From Planctomycetota bacterium (GTDB taxonomy: Bacteria; Planctomycetota; UBA1135; UBA2386): a DNA stretch of 64,000 nt. A program made the position numbers and the translations under genes. Location of the stretch: the NCBI GenBank assembly GCA_965223545.1, contig OZ245006.1:5088001-5152000 (forward strand), given 5' to 3'. Below are positions 49,796 to 58,101 of the stretch, in pieces; within the stretch, counting starts at the first letter, position 1, and the number at the start of each line of letters is the position of its first letter. Below the pieces are notes generated by a model. That model was not told the origin of the DNA and did no database searches. It saw only the letters and a program-made list of their open reading frames with translations.

Positions 49796-52498
49796 ATGAT
49801 GGAACCCGTGCGCGGCAATCCCCGGTTGATCGATCACACTTCCTTTCTGCGTCGCCTGGCCCGCACCCTGGTCGCCCAGGAGGAACTCGCCGAGGATCTG
49901 GTGCAGGAGACCATGCTGGCTGCAATCGAACGACCGCCGGCGGCTGGCTGGGAGTTGAGAGCGTGGTTGGCCGGGGTGCTGCGCAACCGCAACCGCCTGC
50001 AGATGCGCAGGGAGAGGCGACGCAGGGAACGCGAACAGGCCAGGGCCGCTGAGGGTTGGGAACCGTCCGCTAGCGCTCAGGCGGAGCAGCTCGATCTAGC
50101 GCGACACATCCTCGATGCGGTCCACGCCCTGCAGCCGGCGCAGCGCCAAGTCGTCCTGCTGCGGTACTTCGAGGGGCTGCCGCCACGGGAGATTTCGGCC
50201 AGGCTCCGACTACCCGTCAACACCGTTCGCAGCCGCCTCCGCCGAGCAATTCGCCAACTCCGTGCCAAACTCGACCGACAGTACGGGGCGCGTAGCGTAT
50301 GGGTGTGGGTGCTTGTGCCGCAGCTCACCCCACCGCCCACACCCGTTTGCGGCGAGCCTAAGCCGTTGGCGGTGGGGGGCGCCGGGGCGACACTCTGCTC
50401 GGGTGTGTTGTTATTGGCGGCCGCAGTCGGTGTCTCTTTGCTGCCGGGAGCATTCTCCCAGCGGCTCGGTGACAGCGACCAGGTCGTTCCTGTGACCTTC
50501 GCTAACTCACGGCAGGACCGAATGGGTCACGGTCCGGCAAATCGCGACGTGGCGGCCGGCCACGCGCCGGTCATGGGTCCGCCCAGGTTGCTCGTTAAGC
50601 CCGAGGCCGCACCGTTCTTGATCCGAGGTACGGTCCTCGATGCCGGCTCCCGAACGCTGGCAGGCGTGGACATTCGGGCGCGGATGTGGGTTGGATTCAA
50701 CTCCGAGGACGATCCAGAACGGGAGCACGTCCTTTGCAGCGATGCGAACGGTCGTTTCTGTTGGAGACTCGAACGGCCAACGGAAGCGGCTACCGTCGAG
50801 TTCTTTGTCGACGGACTGGGTTACGAATCTTGGCCATTGAGGTCGCGCATCTTTCGTGACCAAGTAGAAGCGCCGTACATCACCCTCAGGGTGGTCTTGC
50901 TCGACTGCGTGATCGTGGGGCGTGTCTTAGGCGCGGGCGGTCTGCCGGTCGCTGCGGCGCAGGTTGGGCGTTCACCGGATGCTCTGCAGGACTGCAATGG
51001 AGACGGTAGTTTCTCCATACCCGGGCCATCGAACCTGCCGCTGGTCTACGTCTTCGCCAAGGCACCAGGCTACGCCATCGCGCGCGTTGCGCTTCGTACG
51101 GGCGGAAGTGGATCTTGTAATCGGGCGCAGATTCAGCTGCGACCGCGCGTCGTGCTACAGGGCCGCGTGCGAGACGGCTCAGGCAATGGCATTGCCGGGG
51201 CGCGCGTGCGCACGTTCTACTCGCACAATCCCGATGCGACAACCGATGCAGATGGGCGCTACGAGCTCCTGCTCGACGCGAGACGTCGTTACGACAAGAT
51301 CTTCGCCAGCTATCCGGGGTACGCACGTTCCACCGCCCGAATAGCAATTGGATCGAAGGATTTGATGCTGAGAGATCTTGTTCTGGAGCCCGGAGTTGCT
51401 TTGCGCGGCCACGTATTCGACGAAATGGGACGCCCATTGTCCGGCGCGGAGGTCTATTTCGGTGCAGGGCCAAATGATTCCGCTCGGGTTCACGGATTAT
51501 CGCGGGATGATGGGAGTTTCGAGCTACTCGACCTACCCTCGCGGAGGCGTCTGCTTGTTACGAGCAAGACGGGTTATGCCCCGGATGTTCGCCAGCTGCT
51601 CCCGGCGGGATTGTCGGCGCGCGTCGTTCTTGCGCAAGGACAGTCGGTGCAAGGCACGGTAGTCGATCACGAGGGGCAACCGCTGCCAGGAATCCGACTC
51701 AACGCCTTGCAGCGAGTCGGGGAAGACTTGGTTAGTCTCGAGATGCATAGCGCGAGCGATGCCAGTGGCCGTTTCTACTTCGGGCAATTGCCGGTAGGAC
51801 CGCTCGTGCTTTCGAGCTACGCCGAAGGTTATCGGGGCAGCGAAATCGAGCTCGGCCATCCACGACCCGAAGAAATACGAGTCAAGATCTCGCGGGCAGG
51901 TTCGCTCGCCGGTCGCGTGCTCGACGCGCGCACTGGGACACCCGTGGAGTCGTTCTGTGTGCGTTTACTGGAAGCTTTGCCGGGTCCGGGCGAGAAGCCC
52001 GGTTCGGCTGCCGGCTCGACCTGGGCACGCGAAGGCTACACCTTTTCTGCAGGCGACGGATACTGGAGTACGGCCGGTACCAACCTCGAGTCCGCGGCGG
52101 CGTTCATAGTTCAAGCCAGTTCTCCGGGCTACGCGCCAGCGTTCGCCAAGGCAGTCAGTAGGCCCGAGCCTGAGCTTCTTGTTCTACACCTCCAACCGGA
52201 GGCCAGTATCAGAGGCATCGTAACCGTCGGCGAGGCAGCCCAACCGTTGGAGGGTGCCTTGGTGACATTATCTGGTGGTTCGGCTGCGCACCGCGAGATC
52301 CTCGCCGAGGATAGCTATCGTCGCGTGCTCGCGCGTACCGGGCCTGACGGACGGTTCCAGCTCAAAGCCGGAGCAGGCAGGTTGCTGCTCGAGGTGCAGC
52401 ACCCGACTTGCGCCACCCGTATCGACGGACCATTCGAAGTCGCCCCGGGAGGTACCGTGAATCGCGTCATCCACGTTCGGGCTGGTGTCCCCAATTAG
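49796..52498 (+). CDS. ECF sigma-70 factor fused via a TM helix to carboxypeptidase-regulatory-like repeats
   Basis: AEDLVQET..WLAGVLRN; LRYFEGL...EIS.RL..PVNTVRSRLRRA; hydrophobic LCSGVLLLAAAVGVSLL; several G.V.D..G.P..G repeats. Confidence 0.87.
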   Translation: MMEPVRGNPRLIDHTSFLRRLARTLVAQEELAEDLVQETMLAAIERPPAAGWELRAWLAGVLRNRNRLQMRRERRRREREQARAAEGWEPSASAQAEQLDLARHILDAVHALQPAQRQVVLLRYFEGLPPREISARLRLPVNTVRSRLRRAIRQLRAKLDRQYGARSVWVWVLVPQLTPPPTPVCGEPKPLAVGGAGATLCSGVLLLAAAVGVSLLPGAFSQRLGDSDQVVPVTFANSRQDRMGHGPANRDVAAGHAPVMGPPRLLVKPEAAPFLIRGTVLDAGSRTLAGVDIRARMWVGFNSEDDPEREHVLCSDANGRFCWRLERPTEAATVEFFVDGLGYESWPLRSRIFRDQVEAPYITLRVVLLDCVIVGRVLGAGGLPVAAAQVGRSPDALQDCNGDGSFSIPGPSNLPLVYVFAKAPGYAIARVALRTGGSGSCNRAQIQLRPRVVLQGRVRDGSGNGIAGARVRTFYSHNPDATTDADGRYELLLDARRRYDKIFASYPGYARSTARIAIGSKDLMLRDLVLEPGVALRGHVFDEMGRPLSGAEVYFGAGPNDSARVHGLSRDDGSFELLDLPSRRRLLVTSKTGYAPDVRQLLPAGLSARVVLAQGQSVQGTVVDHEGQPLPGIRLNALQRVGEDLVSLEMHSASDASGRFYFGQLPVGPLVLSSYAEGYRGSEIELGHPRPEEIRVKISRAGSLAGRVLDARTGTPVESFCVRLLEALPGPGEKPGSAAGSTWAREGYTFSAGDGYWSTAGTNLESAAAFIVQASSPGYAPAFAKAVSRPEPELLVLHLQPEASIRGIVTVGEAAQPLEGALVTLSGGSAAHREILAEDSYRRVLARTGPDGRFQLKAGAGRLLLEVQHPTCATRIDGPFEVAPGGTVNRVIHVRAGVPN

Positions 52499-52569
52499 TG
52501 GTTTGATCTAGATAATTTCGGCGTTCAGGCAATCTCAGAAGCCAGACAACCTCGCCATGGAGCCCGTCA

Positions 52570-54201
52570 ATGGACCTGCACTCAACCCTCACCTTTCCGA
52601 TCATCGTGCTCGCTTCCATATGCACTGCTGCTCAGCATCCGGATGTCGAGCAACCGGCAGAGATGTTCAGTCGTGCCGTCGATCACTATAACTCTGCTCG
52701 CTTCGAGCAGGCGAGAATCGGCCTCGCCAAGTTGATCGAGCGGCACCCGCGCCATTTTCGGGGCTACGCGCTCTACTGGGACTCAGTTGGAAAAACCCGG
52801 AGCGCCACCGAGCAATTGCAAATTGTGCGCGATCAGATGAAGCTGCTGCGCGGAGTTCCCGTCGAAGCCCGTGATGAACAGTTCTACTATACGATACTCG
52901 CCGGCGAAAAGCGGCTCGGAAGGGAAGAGGAAGCAGAGTCTTGGCGACTCGAAGCAATTGAGCGCATCCCGCGCGGGCTAATGGCTCAGCAAGCCAAGCT
53001 CAAAGAGGCGAGAGAAGAAGCTGATGTGTCGAAGGCCTGCGGGCTCTTTGCTCAGTACATGCGAGATTTTCCGGAGAATGTAAGCTGGTGTCAGTCGGCG
53101 GCCTACTATATCTTCGAGCGCATGTTCAAGAACCCTACGCGGTTCGAGAAAGAAGATGTCGTTGCCGCGGGGCGGATTCTCGACGAACTCACGGGGAAGG
53201 AAGTTGAGCTGATCGGCAACCCGAGGCGATTGTTGCTGTTGCGACATGTCATAGCCCGTGAACTGCTGCCGTTTGACGCCGCGCAATCTGCGGAGTTTGC
53301 TGACCGAGGCATTGAGTTCGTTGCCGCCACGGAGCGAGCGACCGACGAGTTCGAGGCGTCCGCCGCGCGCATCTATCACGAAGTGGCCCTTCTGGCGCGC
53401 GTGGAGCTGAGTCAGTGGGATCAGGCAGCCAACCACGCAGAGGAGATTTTCGGTGGAACAAAGCTCGTGGAGGCGATTGAGCCGCTGGCGGGCGCGTCAC
53501 TCTTTCCAGCCCACAGTGCTTACGGCGAAGCAGAACTTCGGTGGGCGCATGCTCGAGTGTTGGCGGAGCGCGGGCACGTCGAGGCGGCCTTGGAGCAGGC
53601 AGGATATGCGGCCTATTTGGCCCCGGAGCTCGAGACCGAATTGGAAGCCATGTTGGAAAACGAAGCCATGCTAGCGAATCCCGCAGTGGAGCGTCGGAGC
53701 TGGTTGGAATCACGGGTCGCCGCCTTTGCTGAGGGACGAGTGGGCCTGCGTCGGAAGCGCTTGCTCGAGCAAGAGGTTGTACAACGGGCGCCGGCCTTTG
53801 GATTGCTGGACCTGGACGGAAAGGAGGTCTCCCTCTCGGACTTTTCGGGGCAAGTCGTGCTCTTGTCGTTCTGGGCGACCTGGTGCGGTCCCTGCCTTGC
53901 CGAGCTCGATCAGCTCCACAAGGAATACGAGCGATTGAGTCAGCAATCGGTGGCGGTAATCGCCGTCAGCGTCGACACGCAGAAGGACAAGGTACCGACC
54001 TTGGTGGCGGAAAAGAGCTACCCGTTTACGATCGCGTACGCGGATGGGTCGATCGAGAGGTTATATGGGATCAGTTCGGTCCCGTGGCTGTTCGTGATCG
54101 ACGCCAGTGGCAACATCCGTTTCCGCCGGAGGGGGTTCCGCCCGGGGCACTTCCAGGAGAAGCTCTGGTGGATGGTCGAGGCCGCAGGAATTGTACGCTG
54201 A
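52570..54201 (+). CDS. Secreted protein with helical (TPR-like) N-region and C-terminal TlpA-type thiol-disulfide oxidoreductase domain
   Basis: Signal peptide; AP.F.L.DLDGKEVSLSDF.G.VVLL.FWATWCGPC..EL; YGISSVP..FVID..G. Confidence 0.85.
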   Translation: MDLHSTLTFPIIVLASICTAAQHPDVEQPAEMFSRAVDHYNSARFEQARIGLAKLIERHPRHFRGYALYWDSVGKTRSATEQLQIVRDQMKLLRGVPVEARDEQFYYTILAGEKRLGREEEAESWRLEAIERIPRGLMAQQAKLKEAREEADVSKACGLFAQYMRDFPENVSWCQSAAYYIFERMFKNPTRFEKEDVVAAGRILDELTGKEVELIGNPRRLLLLRHVIARELLPFDAAQSAEFADRGIEFVAATERATDEFEASAARIYHEVALLARVELSQWDQAANHAEEIFGGTKLVEAIEPLAGASLFPAHSAYGEAELRWAHARVLAERGHVEAALEQAGYAAYLAPELETELEAMLENEAMLANPAVERRSWLESRVAAFAEGRVGLRRKRLLEQEVVQRAPAFGLLDLDGKEVSLSDFSGQVVLLSFWATWCGPCLAELDQLHKEYERLSQQSVAVIAVSVDTQKDKVPTLVAEKSYPFTIAYADGSIERLYGISSVPWLFVIDASGNIRFRRRGFRPGHFQEKLWWMVEAAGIVR

Positions 54202-54248
54202 CCACTGCCCGGCGCACGGAACATTGCCGTGCACTGGTGCCCGGGCGC

Positions 54249-55346
54249 CTACAGCCGCTGCGCCCGCCGCCAAACCTGTAGCAAACGCGCCCCCGCATCG
54301 TCCCAACGAAACGCGCGCGCCCGCAGCCGTCGCTTGCGCGCCTGTGCCTCGGTCGGCTCGGTCTGCCAGGCGTCGAGCAACGCTGCGCACCACGCCTCGG
54401 GTTGATCGGCGGGCAGGACGCGCGCCGCGCCGCCGACGATCTCGGGCAGCGCCCCCTGGTCGCTCACCATCAGCGGCTGCCCCATGGCCAGCGCCTCGAG
54501 CGCGGGCAGGCCGAAGCCCTCGTACAGCGAAGGGAAGAGGATCGCCGTCGCGCCGCCGTACAGGTCGATCAGCGCGCGCTCGTCGACCGAGTCGTCGAGC
54601 AGCACGCGGCCGCGCAGGCCGAGCTGCGCGATGCGGCGGCGCAGCGCGCGGGCGTGGCCGTGGTCGCGGCCGACCAGGCGCAGGGCGGGCGGCGTCGGCT
54701 GGCCGGGAGCGCGCTCCAGAAACAGCGCGTAGGCTTCGAGCAGCATCGCCAGGTTCTTGCGCGGTTCGATGTGACCGACGTGCAGGAAGTACGGCTGCGC
54801 CGGTTCGGCGATGACGTGGCGAAAGAACGCCTCCTCGACGCCGCCGGGGACGATGGTGATCGGAGGTGCCGTCTCGGACAGCGCCGCGCGCAGCGCCCGC
54901 GCGGTGAACGCGCTCGGCGTCACCAGCTGGTCCACGCGGGCCGCGCTGCGCCGCAACGCCGCGCGCGCCAGCCGGCGTGGCCGGCGGCGAAACCTGGTGA
55001 GGTCGCGCAGATCGTGCACCGTGAGCACGACCGGGCACGACAGGCGGTGCGGCACTGGCAGGGTGCCCAGGTCGAGCACGGTCGCGCCGATGTCGGCGAG
55101 GATCCCGGGCAGGGCGCGGCGCTCGGCCAGCACGCGCCGCCAGGTCGGAGCGGCGGGGATCGGTACCCGGCGGACCTCGACTCCGGGCGCCGGGTGCAGC
55201 TCCGGGGCATCGGGCGCGCAGAGGATCGTCATCCGCTCCCCTTCGAGCAGGTGGCTCGCCACTGCCCGCAGCAGCGACAGCTGGCGCCGGTTGGCGCCCG
55301 AGGGCTCCGGACCGAGCTGCCACGCCGCGACCGCGACGTGCAGCAT
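54249..55346 (-). CDS. GT4 glycosyltransferase
   Basis: VLTVHDL, VG.IEPRKNL, FPSLYEGFGLPALEA. Confidence 0.92.
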   Translation of the reverse strand: MLHVAVAAWQLGPEPSGANRRQLSLLRAVASHLLEGERMTILCAPDAPELHPAPGVEVRRVPIPAAPTWRRVLAERRALPGILADIGATVLDLGTLPVPHRLSCPVVLTVHDLRDLTRFRRRPRRLARAALRRSAARVDQLVTPSAFTARALRAALSETAPPITIVPGGVEEAFFRHVIAEPAQPYFLHVGHIEPRKNLAMLLEAYALFLERAPGQPTPPALRLVGRDHGHARALRRRIAQLGLRGRVLLDDSVDERALIDLYGGATAILFPSLYEGFGLPALEALAMGQPLMVSDQGALPEIVGGAARVLPADQPEAWCAALLDAWQTEPTEAQARKRRLRARAFRWDDAGARLLQVWRRAQRL

Positions 55347-55518
55347 CGGTACGTAGGCGGGGACCGAGAGATCGGTGTCGTGTTCTACCACCGCGCTCTC
55401 CGAGGGGTCTCCTCCCGCACCGGTCGGCGGGTGCGCTCCGGAGCTGTGAGCATCGAATCGGAAGGCGGGGCAGCGTAGCAGGAAGCCGCGCGGCCGCCCC
55501 CTCCCGGTTTGCCCAACC

Positions 55519-57849
55519 CTACTCGGGAGTGATGCGAAACGCCGCCACGCCGTGGCGGGGGACCTCGAGAGTACAGACGTGGTGGGGCGCCTTGTGCGCC
55601 GAGCTCCAGAGCTCGACTCGATACTCGCCCGGCGCGATGTCATTGCCGGCGAAAGCGCCGGAGCCGGCTTCGACCGGCAGCGTGTGCATGCGGCGCGCTT
55701 CGTCGGCGACGGTCGAGGTCATCACCACCCAGAAGCGCTGCTCTTTCTCGAGCAGGGTGGGGTCGACGGTGCCGCGCACGGACACGGGGTCCGGCGGCGC
55801 CGGTGCGTTGGTCGGCGGTGCTGCCTCCGCAGCCGACAGCAGCCAACTCAGCTGCGCTTGCAGGCGTTCGAGGTCGAAGTTGGTTGCCGGCGCGGCGCCG
55901 ACCTTCGGGTTCCAGATCAGCGTGGCGTCGGGAGTGAGCTCGCGCAGCTCGACGGCGGCGGTGTTGCCGGTCCGCGCGTCGAACGCGGCCAACAGTGTTG
56001 GACCCGCTCCCACGCCGGTGAGCGCGAAGCTGCCGTCATGCGCGGTGCGCGCGAGACGCCAGCCGATGGCGGCATCGAGCCGGCGGTCCACGGCGGCCAC
56101 GATCAGCGCACGAGGGGCGGCGCCATCCGCGGCCATCGCCTGTCCGCGCACCGTCGCGCCCGGCAGCAGAGCGAGGTCGACTTCCGCCGGCGGCACCTCG
56201 CCGACCGCGATCTCGAGCCGGGCTTGGTGGCCGCGACCGTCGCTCACGCAGAGCAGATACCGCGCCGGTGCCAGCGCGGCGAACTCGAACTTGCCGCTGG
56301 CGTCCGGCCGACAGAAGCGAGCCGGGAAGCGGCGCGCTTCTGGCGCCAACGGGTACGCCGCAACCAGCGCGGGGTGGCGCGCGTCGGTCCCGCTCAAAGC
56401 TCCTCGCAATCCCTGGCCGTTGGCGACGGTGAGCACCACCGGTTCGGCGGGTGGTTGCCGCAGGTCGATCCTGGCGAACGGCGACACGCCGCCGTCCACC
56501 GTCTCCGCCCACAGCCGAGTGCGGCGGCTCTGCGCCAGCGCGACCGCGAAGCTGCCGTCGGCGCCCGCCTCCGCGAGGGGCATCGGCGGATAGAGCGCGC
56601 GCCCCCCGCTCTCGGAACAATAGAGACGGGCGTACGGGGCGGTTTCGCCGTGCTGATCGACGACTCGCCCGCGCACGATCGCGTGGCGGCCGAGCTCGAT
56701 GCGCCAATCGGTATCCTCGCGCAGAGTGCGGGCAACCGACCCCTGGCTGTCGCTGAAGCGAACGCGCACGGTGCTGCCGGCGGGGACGCGGAAGCGCGCG
56801 TAGCCGCCGCCGTCCGTGACCGCGCGGTGCACACTGTGGAACGTAGTGCGCAGGGTCGGCAGTTCCGCCGATTCGGCGAGCGCCAGCCCGATGGCAACTC
56901 CTTCGACGCCACGGTGCGCGGCGTCGACTGCGCGCACGCGGACGTCGATCTCGGTGTTCTCGGGGGTGCTAGTGTCGGTGTTTTGGGGCGCCGCGTCGCC
57001 GATCGCGGCGCGGGCCAGTGGCGTTGCGGAACCGCCAGTGCCCGGGTTGTCCCCGGCCGCGCTGTCCGGCGCGCGCGCGGCCGGCGGTGCGCTGCTCGGC
57101 GCCGGCCACCACGCCCACGCTCCGGCACCGAGGATCACCGCGGCGACCGCAGCCGCGGTCCACCCCCACTGCCGCACACCGAGCGGGGTTGCCGCCGGCG
57201 GTTGCGCGCCCGCTGCGCCGGCCGCTCCGGATGCGTACTTTGCCACTGCCTGCGCCGCCAGTCGCTCGATGCCGAACATGCCCAGCGCCGCCGCGGTCAT
57301 GCCGGCGGGCATCGCGGTCCGCAGCTGTTCGATACCCCGCGCGATCTGCGTGCGCACCGTGCTGGGTGTGCGCTGTAGGCGCGAGGCGATGGCATTGGCG
57401 GGCACTTGCTCGACGTAGTAGAGGTGCACGACTTCGCGGTACGTGGAGGGCAGCGCTCCGACGCTCCGCATCACCGTCTCGCGCGCCTCTTGCAGCGCCG
57501 CGTTCTCGCCCGGGTCTTCGCCATCGACGACCTCACCGCTCAGGTGGGTCGTGCCGCGCCGCCGCTGGGTGCGCCGCGACATCCGCACCTTGTTCTGCAT
57601 GATCCCGCGCAGCCACCCGACGAACGACTGGCCGGGGTCGAAGCGCGCCGCGGACAGGATGGCGGACAAGTAGGTCTCCTGGACCAGGTCCTCGATGTCG
57701 GCAGGGTTTGCCCGCGTCCGGCGCGCTTGCCGGACCATGTCGCCGCTCGTGCGGTCGAACAGCTCGGCAAACAGCTGTGGATCGCCGCTCTCTCGATACT
57801 CCACGAACAGGTCTTCGACCGAGTTTGCGGGGGGAAGGGGGGTGGGCAT
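55519..57849 (-). CDS. ECF sigma-70 factor fused via a TM helix to carboxypeptidase-regulatory-like repeats
   Basis: DIEDLVQETYL..WLRGI; IASRL..TPSTVRTQIARG; TM WTAAAVAAVILGAGAWAWW; GRVVD..G and DGSF repeats. Confidence 0.85.
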   Translation of the reverse strand: MPTPLPPANSVEDLFVEYRESGDPQLFAELFDRTSGDMVRQARRTRANPADIEDLVQETYLSAILSAARFDPGQSFVGWLRGIMQNKVRMSRRTQRRRGTTHLSGEVVDGEDPGENAALQEARETVMRSVGALPSTYREVVHLYYVEQVPANAIASRLQRTPSTVRTQIARGIEQLRTAMPAGMTAAALGMFGIERLAAQAVAKYASGAAGAAGAQPPAATPLGVRQWGWTAAAVAAVILGAGAWAWWPAPSSAPPAARAPDSAAGDNPGTGGSATPLARAAIGDAAPQNTDTSTPENTEIDVRVRAVDAAHRGVEGVAIGLALAESAELPTLRTTFHSVHRAVTDGGGYARFRVPAGSTVRVRFSDSQGSVARTLREDTDWRIELGRHAIVRGRVVDQHGETAPYARLYCSESGGRALYPPMPLAEAGADGSFAVALAQSRRTRLWAETVDGGVSPFARIDLRQPPAEPVVLTVANGQGLRGALSGTDARHPALVAAYPLAPEARRFPARFCRPDASGKFEFAALAPARYLLCVSDGRGHQARLEIAVGEVPPAEVDLALLPGATVRGQAMAADGAAPRALIVAAVDRRLDAAIGWRLARTAHDGSFALTGVGAGPTLLAAFDARTGNTAAVELRELTPDATLIWNPKVGAAPATNFDLERLQAQLSWLLSAAEAAPPTNAPAPPDPVSVRGTVDPTLLEKEQRFWVVMTSTVADEARRMHTLPVEAGSGAFAGNDIAPGEYRVELWSSAHKAPHHVCTLEVPRHGVAAFRITPE

Positions 57850-57933
57850 CGGGGGAAACGCTTCCGCTTCACAGGAGGTGTGCGGCCAGCAGATGTTGCG
57901 GTGGGGCAGTCGTCAAGTCCCTGCAAAGGCGGC

Positions 57934-57963
57934 ATTTGCGACGTCGAAAGAAGTTTCGCAAAT
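57934..57963. promoter_or_regulatory. Operator-like inverted repeat in the divergent ECF/hydrolase promoter region
   Basis: ATTTGCGA-N14-TCGCAAAT, AT-rich against the high-GC background. Confidence 0.35.
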
Positions 57964-58101
57964 CCTGGGACACCGGTCCTTGGCCGGCAAAGAACCGCCT
58001 GCGGGCTGGTTGTAGCGGCATCGGTTTGGCAGCGGCGGAGGGGCCAATCCGATCGGCAGGATCGCGGGACGCGGCGCCCCCTGCGGTCAACAGCACCACC
58101 G

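Noticed and set aside
57915..57975. c-di-GMP-I riboswitch (GAAA loop, CGCAAA)
   Set aside because: It lacks the GGCAAAC element and the tetraloop-receptor stem, so it is kept only as an inverted repeat.
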